From NCBI GenBank assembly GCA_046539845.1, contig JBKHGE010000019.1:1-41276 (forward strand): DNA of 41,276 nt, written 5' to 3'. This DNA is from Desulfonatronovibrionaceae bacterium (GTDB lineage Bacteria > Desulfobacterota > Desulfovibrionia > Desulfovibrionales > Desulfonatronovibrionaceae). The position numbers and the translations under genes were made by a program. The notes beneath the pieces are model-generated. The model was not told where the DNA came from. It worked only from the letters and a program-made list of their open reading frames with translations, and did not search any database. Positions 18,017 to 28,724 of this stretch are shown here, piece after piece (the first letter of the stretch is position 1; every line of letters begins with the position of its first letter).

Positions 18017-18033
18017 AGCAATTTTCAGGCCAA
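18017..18033 (-). promoter_or_regulatory. sigma54 (-24/-12) promoter of the flgF operon
   Basis: Minus strand TTGGCCTGAAAATTGCT has GG-N10-GC spacing and lies about 25 nt upstream of flgF. Confidence 0.78.
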
Positions 18034-18187
18034 CCAATCTGGCAGCTCCCCGGACCTAGCCCGGAAATCGCGGACAAAACGCCCCAAGCAGGAAGCGACC
18101 GGGCTTCGGCAAATCCTGCATACCGGAGCAAACCAGACAAACCGGTCCCAAAATCAGGGCAATAGACCGGGAAAGGGAAATGAACCC

Positions 18188-18216
18188 TTGACAAGCAAGG
18201 CAAAATGGACAAGATA
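18188..18216 (+). promoter_or_regulatory. putative sigma70 promoter for tRNA-Gly and the rimP operon
   Basis: Perfect TTGACA at 18188 with a weak -10 (CAAGAT/AAGATA) 16-17 nt later. Confidence 0.45.
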
Positions 18217-18230
18217 AACCTGTTTTCAGA

Positions 18231-18306
18231 GCGGGTGTAGCTCAGCTGGTAGAGTACAAGCTTCCCAAGCTTGGTGTCGCGGGTTCGATCCCCGTCACCC
18301 GCTCCA
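18231..18306 (+). tRNA. tRNA-Gly (anticodon CCC)
   Basis: GCGGGTG/CACCCGC acceptor stem, CAAGC-TTCCCAA-GCTTG anticodon arm, GGTTCGATCCC T-arm and encoded CCA. Confidence 0.97.
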
Positions 18307-18344
18307 CTCCGATTGAATTTCGGCTTCAGCCGCATCAATTCAAG

Positions 18345-18375
18345 GAGTGGGCCTTGCGGTCCACTCTTTTTTTTG
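18345..18375 (+). terminator. intrinsic terminator between tRNA-Gly and rimP
   Basis: GAGTGGGCC-ttgc-GGTCCACTC hairpin followed by T9. Confidence 0.8.
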
Positions 18376-18398
18376 AAGCGGAGGCTTGGTTTTTGACA

Positions 18399-18863
18399 AT
18401 GCAGGACGATAGACAAAAAAAGATACAAGAATTGATCCAACCCTTGTGCACGGCCATGGGAGTGGATCTTTGGGGCGTGGAGACCTCGTTTTCCGGCAGA
18501 CGTGGCCTGGTCCGCATCTACATTGATACCCCGCAGGGGGTCACTCTGGAGCAGTGCACCGAGCTGAGCCGGGAGGCGGGCAACCTGCTTGATGTAGAGG
18601 ATTTGATCCACGGCTCCTACAATCTGGAAGTGTCCTCTCCCGGCCTGGACAGGGTCTTTTTCACCCCGAAGCAGCTCGCTCAATATCTACAGCGCGAGAT
18701 CCGGGTCATCCTGCATGAGCCTGTGGACGGACGGAAAAAATTTACCGGGCCTTTGCTCTCTGTCTCCGGAGACCGGGTATGCATGCGCATTGAAGAGAGC
18801 GGGGAAGAATTCTGCTTTGATTTTTCTCAGGCTGGGAAGATAAAACTTTTATTCAGGGGATAA
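18399..18863 (+). CDS. rimP: ribosome maturation factor RimP
   Basis: VRIYIDTPQGVTLEQC...LLDVEDLI..SYNLEVSSPGLDR; upstream of nusA. Confidence 0.95.
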   Translation: MQDDRQKKIQELIQPLCTAMGVDLWGVETSFSGRRGLVRIYIDTPQGVTLEQCTELSREAGNLLDVEDLIHGSYNLEVSSPGLDRVFFTPKQLAQYLQREIRVILHEPVDGRKKFTGPLLSVSGDRVCMRIEESGEEFCFDFSQAGKIKLLFRG

Positions 18864-18931
18864 GCCCTAAAGAACACAGGGCAAAATCTTAACACCTTTT
18901 AATTCATTGTTCAGTTGCCCCGGAGGTTTGC

Positions 18932-20290
18932 ATGGGACTGGAGCTCAAAAAAGCCATAGACCAAATCAGCAAAGACAAAGGTATCGATCGGGATATGCTC
19001 GTGGATACCCTGGAAGAAGCGGTCCGCTCTTCCGTGCAGAAAAAATTCGACCGCGACCTGGATATAGAGGTCTCTTTTAACGAAGACAGCGGCGAAATGG
19101 AGGTCTATCAATTCAAAATCGTTGTAGACGAGGTCCAGGACCCGGATGCGGAGATAACCCTGGAAGAGGCTCAGAAACTCGATCCGAACGTGGAAAAAGA
19201 CGACGAGGTGGGCTTCAAGATCAAGGTCGAGGACCTGGGCCGGATCGCGGCCCAGTCCGCGAAACAGGTCATCATCCAAAGGATGCGCGACGCTGAGCAG
19301 GAGATTATCTACGAGGAATACAAGGAGCGCGTGGGCGAGATCGTCAGCGGTATAGTCCAGAGACGGGACCGGGGCGGCTGGATCATAAATCTGGGGCGCA
19401 CTGAGGCCCTTTTGCCCCGCGAGGAACAGATCCCCAAGGAAAGGTTCCGCCGCAGCGATCGGGTCCAGGCCTATCTGATTGAGGTCAAAAAGGAAGGACG
19501 CGGTCCGCAGATCATTGTCTCCAGGTCCCATCCGGAATACATGGCCGCCCTTTTCCGCCGCGAGGTCCCGGAGATATCCGATGGTACGGTAAAAATCATG
19601 GGCGTGGCCCGGGATCCGGGTCGGCGGGCCAAGGTGGCGGTAGTCTCCAGCGAAAGCAATGTGGATCCGGTCGGGGCCTGCGTCGGGGTCAAGGGTTCGC
19701 GCATACACAATATAGTCCAGGAGCTTCGCGGAGAAAGGATAGACATAGTCATCTGGAACCCGGATATCGCCACCTACGCGGTGAGCGCTCTGTCTCCAGC
19801 CCGCATTTCGCAAATCACTGTGGACGAGGAGGAAAAGTCCCTGGAAGTGATCGTGCCTGATGACCAGCTCACCCCGGCCATCGGTCGCAAGGGGCAGAAC
19901 GTAAAGCTGGCCTCTAAGCTTTTGGGCTGGTCCATAGACGTGTTTACCGAGTCCAAATACGGCGAACTTTACGAACACAAGAAAATGCTCCGCCAGGTGG
20001 CCAGTACTGCGGAACTCCCGGCTGAAGCCTTTGTTTCCGCGGGTTATGACCATATCGAACAGGTCCGGGAGGCCTCGGACGAAGAACTTATGGACATAAA
20101 CGGAATGACCCCGGAAAAGATAGACGATGTCCGGGCAGCCATAAATTTTCTGCAATACGATAGCAGTTTTTCCGGTAATCAAGATGGAGACGACTCCGGC
20201 GAACAAGGGGTCCGGGAAACAGCTGAATCCGGAGGAGTCGAGCCGGAGAACGACGACGCCAGGGCAGATGACGAAGACAAAGAAGAATAA
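18932..20290 (+). CDS. nusA: transcription factor NusA
   Basis: Motifs LGRIAAQSAKQVI, ARDPGRRAKVAV, DPVGACVGVKGSRI and AIGRKGQNVKLA. Confidence 0.98.
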   Translation: MGLELKKAIDQISKDKGIDRDMLVDTLEEAVRSSVQKKFDRDLDIEVSFNEDSGEMEVYQFKIVVDEVQDPDAEITLEEAQKLDPNVEKDDEVGFKIKVEDLGRIAAQSAKQVIIQRMRDAEQEIIYEEYKERVGEIVSGIVQRRDRGGWIINLGRTEALLPREEQIPKERFRRSDRVQAYLIEVKKEGRGPQIIVSRSHPEYMAALFRREVPEISDGTVKIMGVARDPGRRAKVAVVSSESNVDPVGACVGVKGSRIHNIVQELRGERIDIVIWNPDIATYAVSALSPARISQITVDEEEKSLEVIVPDDQLTPAIGRKGQNVKLASKLLGWSIDVFTESKYGELYEHKKMLRQVASTAELPAEAFVSAGYDHIEQVREASDEELMDINGMTPEKIDDVRAAINFLQYDSSFSGNQDGDDSGEQGVRETAESGGVEPENDDARADDEDKEE

Positions 20291-20519
20291 ATCCGGGCAT
20301 ACGCCCGTAAGGACCTGTATTATTTGCCGCAGAAAATTTTTCAAGCATGAGCTGACGCGTTACGCTTGCCCGGACAGGGAAGGAAAAGGGTTGATCCCGG
20401 ATCCGGAACAAAAAAGGCCCGGAAGGGGATTTTATCTCTGCGGTAGCGAATCTTGCCGTGAAAAGATAGCCAAGTTCAGGGGCTGGCGAAAAAAATGCAA
20501 GGGGGTAAAAAATGGCTAG
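20268..20519 (+). CDS. ylxR: YlxR/DUF448 (RnpM) protein
   Basis: Motifs PVRTCIICR and GRGFYLC; located between nusA and infB. Confidence 0.88.
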   Translation: MTKTKKNKSGHTPVRTCIICRRKFFKHELTRYACPDREGKGLIPDPEQKRPGRGFYLCGSESCREKIAKFRGWRKKCKGVKNG

Positions 20520-23094
20520 CAAGATGCGAGTAAGAGAGCTTTCCGCTGAGCTGGGGATGAGCAACAAGGAGATGATCCAGATGCTCCGGGACCTGGATAT
20601 AAAGGTCAAAAGCCATATGAGCGGGCTTACCGAGGAAGAAGTCCGGGAAGTGCGGGACAGATTTCAGAAAAAAACCGCTGAAGATATAAAAGAAACCAAG
20701 GCGGACTCAGGGGTAATAATCAGGCGACGCAAGAAGAAAAAGCCAGCTGCGGAATCCGGGAGTGAACCGGAAGCGGCCGGAGAAGAGCCCGGAGTTATAC
20801 CCCCCCCGGAAGAAGAGCCCCGAGAAAAGGCCCCGGCTTTGGAAAAAGAGGCCGGTCCGGAAACAAAAGAAGCAGAAAAAAAAGATGCCACCGCAGAAGA
20901 AGCGGTTGGGGAAGAGGAGCGGCAAAAGAAAAAACGGCCCCTGAAGAAGAAAAAACAACCCGAACCCAAGGTCCGGGTCATCTCTAAACCCGAGCCCCAG
21001 CCGGAGCCAGCCCCCTCTCCGGAAGGCGGGCAGGATTTAAGCCCCGAGGAAATGGCCCTGCGCCAGATCAAAGAGGAAGAGGAAAAATCCAAGGAATCCA
21101 AGGACCGGAAAAAGACCAAGAAAAAGGACAAGAAAAAGGACAAACGGGTTGTTGACGTCTCCAATTTCTACTCCGGGGAAAAAGAGACCGGCAAGGCAAA
21201 AAAAGACTTCAAGGCCCGGAAAAAGACTCCGGTCCAGGATAAAACCGGTGCAGCCGCCCGCAAACCCAGGGACAAATCCCGGCCGGCTGCAGAAGAGGAA
21301 GCCGCTACCCAAGCCAGCCAGCCGGTAAAAGCCTCCAAACGCAGGCTGCGCATTGACGAGGCCATACGGGTATCCGACCTGGCCGGACAAATGGGGGTCA
21401 AGGCCCAGGATATCATAAAGACCCTGCTCTCCTTAGGAGTCATGGCGACCATAAACCAGTCCGTGGACGTGGACACCGCAGCAGTGGTGGCGGCGGAATA
21501 CGGATACGAAGTGGAACGAGTGGGCTTTTCCGAGGAGGAATACATCGTCTCCCATCAGCAGGAGGACAAAGAAGAGGACATGCTCCCCAGGCCTCCGGTG
21601 GTAACCATCATGGGCCACGTGGACCACGGCAAGACCTCGCTTTTGGACGCTATCCGCCACTCCAATATCATCGGCAAGGAGACCGGGGGGATTACCCAGC
21701 ACATAGGCGCCTACTACGTATCCACCCCGGGCGGGGACCTGGTCTTCCTGGACACCCCCGGCCATGAGGCGTTTACCGCCATGCGGGCCAGGGGGGCGCA
21801 GGTAACGGACATAGTTGTCCTGGTGGTGGCCGCGGATGACGGGGTCATGGAGCAGACCCGGGAGGCGGTGAACCACTCCAAGGCAGCCGGTGTGCCTTTG
21901 GTGGTCGCGGTGAACAAAATAGATAAGGAAGGAAGCAACCCGGATCGGGTCAAGCGCGAGCTGGCTGATCTGAATCTGGTCCCGGAGGACTGGGGCGGAG
22001 ACACCATCTACAGCCACGTCTCGGCCAAGGAACAATCCGGTATAGAAGAACTCCTGGAAATGGTTCTGCTCCAGGCCGAGGTTTTGGAACTCAAGGCCAA
22101 TCCGAACAAACCGGCCCAGGGACATATTGTAGAGGCCAGACTGGACAAAGGTCGGGGCCCGATGGCCACGGTGCTTATCGAAGGCGGGACCCTGAATCAG
22201 GGCGACCCCTTTGTTTGCGGCCTGCACCACGGCAAGGTCCGGGCCATGTTCAATGACCAGGGCAAGAAAATGAAAAAGGCCGGACCGGCCACTCCGGTGG
22301 AGATCCAGGGCTTCAGCGGAGTCCCGGAAGCCGGGGACGAATTCGCGGTAGTCAAGGACGACAAGGCGGCACGCAAGATCGCCGAGACCAGACAGACCAA
22401 GCAAAGGGAAAAGGAACTGGCCAAGGAATCCAAGATCACCCTGGAGAGTTTTTTGGCTGCCAAGCAGGACGGAGAGGCCCAGAACCTGAACTTGGTTTTG
22501 AAATCCGATGTGCAGGGTTCTCTGGAGGCCATAACCGAGGCCTTGAACAAGCTCTCCACCAAGGAAGTCAGGGTGAATGTCATCCACGGCGGGACAGGGG
22601 CCATCTCCGAGTCGGACATTATGCTCGCCTCGGCCTCCTCGGCGATCATTATCGGATTCAATGTCCGGCCCACGGCCAAGATTCGAGAATCAGCGGAAAG
22701 GGAGCAGGTGGAGATCCGTTTCTACGACATAATCTACGACATGGTGAACGATATCAAGGATGCCATGGCCGGGATGCTCGCTCCGGTGATAAAGGAACAC
22801 TACCTGGGCCAGGCCGAGGTCCTGCAGACCTTCAGCGTGCCCAAGATCGGGACCGTAGCCGGGTGCAAGGTAGCGGACGGCAAACTGCAAAGAAACGCCC
22901 GGGTCCGCCTGCTGCGGGATGGAGTTGTTGTCTACACCGGAGCTTTGAGTTCGCTCAAAAGATTCAAGGACGATGTCAAGGAGGTCTCCAAAGGCCTGGA
23001 ATGTGGAGTTGGTCTGGAACGCTTCAACGATATCAAGAACGGGGACATCCTGGAGGCCTTTCTGGAAACCGAGGAAAAGGCCACCCTGGATTAA
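20512..23094 (+). CDS. infB: translation initiation factor IF-2
   Basis: Motifs [32 protein letters not shown] and [12 protein letters not shown]. Confidence 0.99.
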   Translation: MASKMRVRELSAELGMSNKEMIQMLRDLDIKVKSHMSGLTEEEVREVRDRFQKKTAEDIKETKADSGVIIRRRKKKKPAAESGSEPEAAGEEPGVIPPPEEEPREKAPALEKEAGPETKEAEKKDATAEEAVGEEERQKKKRPLKKKKQPEPKVRVISKPEPQPEPAPSPEGGQDLSPEEMALRQIKEEEEKSKESKDRKKTKKKDKKKDKRVVDVSNFYSGEKETGKAKKDFKARKKTPVQDKTGAAARKPRDKSRPAAEEEAATQASQPVKASKRRLRIDEAIRVSDLAGQMGVKAQDIIKTLLSLGVMATINQSVDVDTAAVVAAEYGYEVERVGFSEEEYIVSHQQEDKEEDMLPRPPVVTIMGHVDHGKTSLLDAIRHSNIIGKETGGITQHIGAYYVSTPGGDLVFLDTPGHEAFTAMRARGAQVTDIVVLVVAADDGVMEQTREAVNHSKAAGVPLVVAVNKIDKEGSNPDRVKRELADLNLVPEDWGGDTIYSHVSAKEQSGIEELLEMVLLQAEVLELKANPNKPAQGHIVEARLDKGRGPMATVLIEGGTLNQGDPFVCGLHHGKVRAMFNDQGKKMKKAGPATPVEIQGFSGVPEAGDEFAVVKDDKAARKIAETRQTKQREKELAKESKITLESFLAAKQDGEAQNLNLVLKSDVQGSLEAITEALNKLSTKEVRVNVIHGGTGAISESDIMLASASSAIIIGFNVRPTAKIRESAEREQVEIRFYDIIYDMVNDIKDAMAGMLAPVIKEHYLGQAEVLQTFSVPKIGTVAGCKVADGKLQRNARVRLLRDGVVVYTGALSSLKRFKDDVKEVSKGLECGVGLERFNDIKNGDILEAFLETEEKATLD

Positions 23095-23115
23095 CCGCCC
23101 TCCCGGGACAAAGAG

Positions 23116-23403
23116 ATGTTTATCGGGGTTTTGAGCCTAAGGATCCGCCTGCACGCGGTGTTTTCACTCAAGGAGAAAAGGAAACTGAGTAACAGCATCC
23201 GGCAAAAGATCCGCAACAAATTCAATGTCTCGGTGGCCGAGATAGACAATATGGACGACAAGACCGAGCTTAGCCTGGCCATATCCATGGTCTGCAACGA
23301 GCGGAAAAGGATCGATTCCACGCTGAGCAAGGTTTTGTCCACTGTGGAGGCCTTAACCGACCAGGAAGTAAGTGCGGTGAACATGGAAATATTTGGAGCC
23401 TGA
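23116..23403 (+). CDS. DUF503 (YlxP-like) protein
   Basis: SLKEKR...KFNVSVAEID; located between infB and rbfA. Confidence 0.88.
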   Translation: MFIGVLSLRIRLHAVFSLKEKRKLSNSIRQKIRNKFNVSVAEIDNMDDKTELSLAISMVCNERKRIDSTLSKVLSTVEALTDQEVSAVNMEIFGA

Positions 23404-23409
23404 TTCCAT

Positions 23410-23727
23410 ATGCGCAAAGGAACAACCAGGAGATCATACCGGCTGGGAGACCAGATCATGCGCGAACTGGCCGAGATCGTGGTCAAGGACATACGCGATC
23501 CCCGCCTGGAATTCCTAAACATCACCGGGGTGCGCATGAACAGCGACTTGAACGTGGCCGAAGTCATGTACACGCATATAAACGGCCACACCCCAGATCT
23601 GGACCAGGCCCTGCACGGGGCCTCGGGCTTTCTGCGCTCCGAACTCGGCCGCAGACTGAAGCTCAAATATGTGCCTGAGCTTAGGTTCGTATGGGACGAA
23701 TTCCTGGAGAAAATGGTCTATGATTAG
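23410..23727 (+). CDS. rbfA: ribosome-binding factor A
   Basis: IRDPRL...ASGFLRSELGRRLKLKYVPELRF. Confidence 0.95.
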   Translation: MRKGTTRRSYRLGDQIMRELAEIVVKDIRDPRLEFLNITGVRMNSDLNVAEVMYTHINGHTPDLDQALHGASGFLRSELGRRLKLKYVPELRFVWDEFLEKMVYD

Positions 23728-24694
23728 TAGCGACCGGGAAAATATCGCTGCTGTTTTAAAAAACAGGGACAACTTTCTGGTCACCGCCCACATCAACCCG
23801 GACGGCGACGCCCTGGGTTCCATGGCTGCGCTCGGGTATATCCTTGAACGGCTGGGCAAAAAATTCGTTCTCTACAATGAAAGCGGGGTGCCGGAAAAAT
23901 TCCTTTGGCTTAATCTGCCCACGTCTGTGCATACCCGGCCTCCCCGCCAGCGCTTCGACTGGATCGTGGTTTTGGACAGCGGAGATGCGGCCCGGGCCGG
24001 AGACCGGATCTCCTCGTTTCTGGACAGGGAAAAGACGCTGAACATAGACCACCACCTAGGGAACCCCGGGTTCGGGAGGCACAATTGGGTGGAACCGGGC
24101 CGCTCCTCGGTCGGGGAGATGATCGCCCTGCTCGGCCGGGATCTGGGCATCCGGGCGGACGGCCCCCTGGCTGAAGCCGTGTATCTGGCCCTGGTCAGTG
24201 ACACCGGTTTTTTTACCTATGACAACACCACCCCGGAAGTCCTGGAGTTGACCGCCGAGCTCCTAAGGAACGGTCTGGATGCACCGGCCGTAAACCAGCG
24301 CATCCAGAATGGATGGAGTGTGGAAAAACTCAGGCTGCACGGCCGGATCCTGGAAAGGGCCGAGATGCACTGCGCAGGACGGGTGGGAGTGGTCAACATC
24401 AACCGGCAGGACTTTGCTGCCACCGGGACCTCGCTTGAGGACTGCGAAGGTTTGGTCAATTATCTGCGTTATGTCTCCGGCGTGCAGATAGCCATGAGCA
24501 TCCGCGAGGAAGACGAGGCCCGGATCAAATTCAGCCTGCGCTCCAGCGGAACGGTGGATGTGCAGAAAATCGCGGTCGCCCTGGGCGGGGGCGGACACAA
24601 AAACGCCTCCGGAGGCACACTGGAAATGGATATCCACCGGGCTAAAGACAGACTGCTGGAGATGATCCGGCGGAACCTGCCGGAAGAAGGATAA
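23720..24694 (+). CDS. nrnA: DHH/DHHA1 nanoRNase/pAp phosphatase NrnA
   Basis: Motifs HINPDGDALGS, NIDHH, SDTG and GGGGHKNASG; overlaps the rbfA end. Confidence 0.9.
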   Translation: MISSDRENIAAVLKNRDNFLVTAHINPDGDALGSMAALGYILERLGKKFVLYNESGVPEKFLWLNLPTSVHTRPPRQRFDWIVVLDSGDAARAGDRISSFLDREKTLNIDHHLGNPGFGRHNWVEPGRSSVGEMIALLGRDLGIRADGPLAEAVYLALVSDTGFFTYDNTTPEVLELTAELLRNGLDAPAVNQRIQNGWSVEKLRLHGRILERAEMHCAGRVGVVNINRQDFAATGTSLEDCEGLVNYLRYVSGVQIAMSIREEDEARIKFSLRSSGTVDVQKIAVALGGGGHKNASGGTLEMDIHRAKDRLLEMIRRNLPEEG

Positions 24695-24706
24695 AAAACT
24701 CAGGCC

Positions 24707-25618
24707 ATGGCTGCAAAAGGCAGACAACTGCATGGGGTTTTGGTCTTGTCCAAGCCCTCCGGGCCGACATCCACGGACTGCCTGAACCGGCTCAAAAGGC
24801 GTTTTCGCCCCACTAAGATCGGGCATGCCGGCACCCTGGACCCTTTGGCCGAAGGGGTCTTGCCCGTGCTCTTCGGGAGGGCCACCAAGCTGGCCCCGTA
24901 CATTACTTCCGGGTACAAGATATACAAAGGGGAACTCCTGCTGGGCAAAAGCACGGACACCTATGATATCCAGGGCGAAATAACAGAAGAAAATGATATC
25001 TCCGGGATCACCGAAGAGCAAGTTGCCTCGGAAATCGATTTCTGGCATACTTTCACTTCTCAGCAGGTACCGGCCTACTCGGCCGCAAAACACAAGGGAC
25101 AGCCGCTTTACGCCCTGAAACGCAGGGGGCAGGAAGTCCCGGAGAAAACAAAGGAAATTTCCATTTTTCGGGCCAAGGTCCTGGACATGGACCTTCCCCG
25201 GATCAGTTTCCGGGTATGCTGCTCGCCCGGCACCTATATACGGTCCCTGGCCCACAGCCTGGGGAGCCGCTTAGGGTGCGGGGCGGTGCTGACAAACCTT
25301 ACCCGGGAATGCAGCCATCCGTTTACCTTGGATCAGAGTATCGGACTGGACGAGATTATGGACCGGGATGTGAACGACCATCTGATCCGGCTCAGGGATT
25401 GCCTGCCGGACTGGTCCAGATTCCATCTTTCCTCCGAAGCAGCCAGACTGGTGGGAAACGGGGCTTGTCTCCCTATTTCCGCCACCCCAGGATTCCTTGG
25501 ATCCGAAGGGGACAAGGCGCTCTTGCTCGGTCCGGATGGACGGGCCCTGGCAATTGTCCAGGCCCATAAAACGGATGGGCAATTAAGGTGGGCCATTTTG
25601 CGTGGTCTATGGACCTAA
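24707..25618 (+). CDS. truB: tRNA pseudouridine(55) synthase TruB
   Basis: Motifs [23 protein letters not shown] and GTYIRSLA. Confidence 0.97.
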   Translation: MAAKGRQLHGVLVLSKPSGPTSTDCLNRLKRRFRPTKIGHAGTLDPLAEGVLPVLFGRATKLAPYITSGYKIYKGELLLGKSTDTYDIQGEITEENDISGITEEQVASEIDFWHTFTSQQVPAYSAAKHKGQPLYALKRRGQEVPEKTKEISIFRAKVLDMDLPRISFRVCCSPGTYIRSLAHSLGSRLGCGAVLTNLTRECSHPFTLDQSIGLDEIMDRDVNDHLIRLRDCLPDWSRFHLSSEAARLVGNGACLPISATPGFLGSEGDKALLLGPDGRALAIVQAHKTDGQLRWAILRGLWT

Positions 25619-25664
25619 GTGGCCGGTTTCAAAAGCAACAAAAAAATTATTGGAGGATACTGCT

Positions 25665-25934
25665 GTGGTAATGACTCCGGAAAAGAAAGCCGAGATCATC
25701 GAGGAATTCAAAACCCACGAGGGAGACACCGGGTCTCCTGAGGTACAGGTAGCCCTGCTCACGGAAAGGATCAAGTACCTGACCGAGCATTTTAAGAGGC
25801 ACAAACAGGACTATCATTCCCGCACCGGCCTTTTAAAGCTGGTCGGAAAAAGAAGGAATCTGCTTAAGTACCTGAAAAAGAAAGACATCACCAGATACCG
25901 CAATCTCATACAGAGACTGGGACTGCGTAAATAA
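25665..25934 (+). CDS. rpsO: 30S ribosomal protein S15
   Basis: [14 protein letters not shown]...[14 protein letters not shown]...LGLRK. GGAGGA RBS before GTG 25665. Confidence 0.97.
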   Translation: MVMTPEKKAEIIEEFKTHEGDTGSPEVQVALLTERIKYLTEHFKRHKQDYHSRTGLLKLVGKRRNLLKYLKKKDITRYRNLIQRLGLRK

Positions 25935-25992
25935 CCGGGCCGGCCCGGCAAAAAATTCTGTCGGGCCCAAGCTTTACGAGGAAAGCAGAATC

Positions 25993-28197
25993 ATGACATT
26001 TAGTTTTAACATCCACAAAGTCACAGCCGAAGCCGGCAGCTCAAACATTGAACTGGAAACAGGTAAACTGGCCCTGCAGGCGGACGGATCCGTACAGGCC
26101 CGCTACGGGGACACTGTGGTTTTGATCACTGCGGTCACCCAGCCGGTGGAGCGGGACATCAACTTCATGCCCCTGGTGGTCAACTATCAGGAGATGTCCT
26201 ATGCCTCCGGGAACATACCCGGGAACTATTTCCGCCGGGAAATAGGGCGGCCCAGCGAACGGGAGACCCTGATATCCCGACTCATCGACCGCCCTATCCG
26301 GCCGCTTTTTCCGGACGGTTTTAGGGACGAGGTCCAGGTGATAGCCACTGTCCTGTCCTCGGAACCGGATTTTGATCCGGATATCCTGGCCTTGACCGGG
26401 GCCTCCACCGCCCTGCATATTTCCCGAATCCCCTTTCTCGGTCCCATAGCCGGGGCCAGGATCGGCTACATAAACGACAAATTCGTATTCAATCCCACCT
26501 GCTCCGAGCTGGAAGAAAGCAAGCTGGATATAATCATGGCCGCGGCCCGGGAGGGAGTGGTCATGGTCGAAGGCGGGGCCAGATTCATTCCCGAGAGTAT
26601 GCTGGCCGATGCCATCTCCTGGGGGCACGAACGCATCCTGCCCTCTTTGGACGCCCAGGAGGAACTGCGCAGACAATGCGGCGCAAAAAAGCTAGAATTC
26701 GAGACCCCGCAAAGCGATCCGGAAGTGGAGGAATTCATCCGGGAATTTGCCAGCCGGGACTTGGCCGAGTCTCTGGAGGTCCCGGAGAAGATGCGGCGCA
26801 AGGAGGCCAAGGCCAAAGTGCGGGAAGAAACCGTGGCCCGGGCGGCCGAGAAATTCGGAGAGGAATCAACCAAACTGGCCCTGGTAAAGACTGCATTCGA
26901 AGAGCTGGAGAAAACGATAGTCCGCGAGAAAGTGGCCTCCACATCCACCCGCATCGACGGCCGAGGCCTAAACGAAGTAAGACCGCTGTGCATGGAGACC
27001 GGAGTCCTCCCCCGTACCCACGGATCGAGCATTTTCGCCCGCGGGGAGACCAAGGCCCTGTGCATAGCCACTTTGGGCAGCAGCTCGGACGAACAGCGTA
27101 TCGAGACCCTGGCCGGGGACAGCAGCAAACGGTTTATGCTCCATTACAACTTCCCTCCCTATTGCGTGGGTGAAGTGAAGATGATGCGCGGGCCATCCAG
27201 AAGAGAGATCGGACACGGCGCTCTGGCTGAACGGGCCCTGCAGCCCATCCTGCCCGACGCCGAGGAATTCCCGTTTACCATGCGCATAGTCTCTGAAGTC
27301 ATGGAGAGTAACGGTTCCTCGTCCATGGCCTCTGTATGCGGCGGATCCCTGGCCCTCATGGACGCCGGCATCCCGGTCAAAGACGCGGTGGCCGGAATCG
27401 CCATGGGACTGGTCAAGGAGCAGGATGAATACCGCATCCTTACCGATATTTTGGGGGACGAGGATCATCTCGGAGACATGGACTTCAAGGTCGCCGGAAC
27501 CAAAGACGGAGTGACCGCCATCCAGATGGACATCAAGATCAGCGGCATCCCGGCTGATGTGATGCGCAGCGCCCTGGAACAGGCCAAGGAAGCCAAGTTA
27601 CACATCCTGAATCAGATGGACAAGGTCTTGTCCCGGCCGAGGTCAGAACTCTCTCCCTACGCCCCGAAGATGGAAATCATCCAGGTGGACACGGACAAGA
27701 TCAAGGACGTCATCGGCCCCTCGGGCAAGAATATCAAGGCCATCACCAGCGAGACCGGCGCCAGCGTGGACATCGAGGACTCCGGAAAAATATCCATCTT
27801 CGCCCCCAGCGGCGAGGCCCTGGAAAAGACCAAAGAAATGATCTTGGTCTTTAATCAGAAACCGGAGCTGGGCAAAGATTACACCGGACAGGTGAAAAAG
27901 ATCCTGGATTTCGGTGCGGTGGTGGAAATCCTGCCCGGAGTGGAGGGACTGGTCCATATTTCCCAGTTGGATATAGACCACGTCAACAGCGTAAGCGACG
28001 TGGCCAATATCGGAGACGAAATGAAGGTAAAGGTCATCGAACTCGGAGATAACGGCAAGGTCCGTCTGAGCCGCATGGCCGTGCTCAAAGAGGAGCGCGG
28101 GGAGACCTTTAATATTGAAGACGCCCTCCCCGGCGGTGGCAAAAAGAGGGGACCCGGAGGGGGCGGCGACCGTTCCCGCCGTCCGAACAGGAGATAG
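25993..28197 (+). CDS. pnp: polyribonucleotide nucleotidyltransferase
   Basis: Motifs SRLIDRPIRPLFP, RREIGHGALAER and ESNGSSSMASVCG, plus KH and S1 domains. Confidence 0.99.
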   Translation: MTFSFNIHKVTAEAGSSNIELETGKLALQADGSVQARYGDTVVLITAVTQPVERDINFMPLVVNYQEMSYASGNIPGNYFRREIGRPSERETLISRLIDRPIRPLFPDGFRDEVQVIATVLSSEPDFDPDILALTGASTALHISRIPFLGPIAGARIGYINDKFVFNPTCSELEESKLDIIMAAAREGVVMVEGGARFIPESMLADAISWGHERILPSLDAQEELRRQCGAKKLEFETPQSDPEVEEFIREFASRDLAESLEVPEKMRRKEAKAKVREETVARAAEKFGEESTKLALVKTAFEELEKTIVREKVASTSTRIDGRGLNEVRPLCMETGVLPRTHGSSIFARGETKALCIATLGSSSDEQRIETLAGDSSKRFMLHYNFPPYCVGEVKMMRGPSRREIGHGALAERALQPILPDAEEFPFTMRIVSEVMESNGSSSMASVCGGSLALMDAGIPVKDAVAGIAMGLVKEQDEYRILTDILGDEDHLGDMDFKVAGTKDGVTAIQMDIKISGIPADVMRSALEQAKEAKLHILNQMDKVLSRPRSELSPYAPKMEIIQVDTDKIKDVIGPSGKNIKAITSETGASVDIEDSGKISIFAPSGEALEKTKEMILVFNQKPELGKDYTGQVKKILDFGAVVEILPGVEGLVHISQLDIDHVNSVSDVANIGDEMKVKVIELGDNGKVRLSRMAVLKEERGETFNIEDALPGGGKKRGPGGGGDRSRRPNRR

Positions 28198-28242
28198 GGC
28201 CAGATAAAACCGGCAGCTGCGGCAATGTTTCCGCAGGCCATG

Positions 28243-28282
28243 CAAACCGCCCGGCGCTTGTTGAGGCGGTTTGTTTATTTTT
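28243..28282 (+). terminator. intrinsic terminator after pnp
   Basis: CAAACCGCC...GGCGGTTTG stem followed by TTTATTTTT. Confidence 0.6.
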
Positions 28283-28304
28283 ATGCCCGAGATAAGGATA
28301 AGAC

Positions 28305-28724
28305 ATGTTTATAAAGGCAAACTTCGATCTATGTACCGGATGCAGGATGTGCCAGCTGGCCTGTTCAGAAAAAAACTTCGGCGGATACAATCCCCGTTTC
28401 TCCCTGCTCAGGATCGATCCCACCCCGGATCACCTCTGCCATTTCCCAGTACCCTGCAACCAATGCTCGAATCCTTTTTGCGCCAGGGTCTGCCCGGTCG
28501 GGGCCATCTCCAAGGACGACTCTACCCAGACAGTGCTCATTGACCAGGAGACCTGCATCGGCTGCGGCCTGTGTGCGAAATACTGCCCGGTGGGGGTGAT
28601 CATCCAAGAGCCAGAGGGGAAAAAATTTGTAAAATGCGATCTATGCAGCGGAGACCCGGTCTGTGTTTCCGCCTGCCCCACTGGGGCCCTGGAACTGGCA
28701 GACACCGGAGGCGGAAATGAATAA
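28305..28724 (+). CDS. 4x[4Fe-4S] ferredoxin-like electron-transfer subunit of AOR
   Basis: Four Cys groups: CTGCRMCQLAC, CNQC..C..VCP, CIGCGLCAKYCP and CDLC..C..ACP. Overlaps the aor start. Confidence 0.92.
   Translation: MFIKANFDLCTGCRMCQLACSEKNFGGYNPRFSLLRIDPTPDHLCHFPVPCNQCSNPFCARVCPVGAISKDDSTQTVLIDQETCIGCGLCAKYCPVGVIIQEPEGKKFVKCDLCSGDPVCVSACPTGALELADTGGGNE

Noticed and set aside
17994..18683. 230-aa N-terminal extension of FlgF in the ORF track
   Set aside because: It would run through the sigma54 promoter, tRNA-Gly and antisense rimP. The strong RBS and homology start are at 17993.
20640..21340. Lys/Glu/Pro-rich low-complexity repeats in infB
   Set aside because: This is the ordinary variable N-terminal region of IF-2, not a repeat array.
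18911..22587. Long minus-strand ORFs (477 aa, 384 aa and others)
   Set aside because: They are antisense shadows of nusA and infB.
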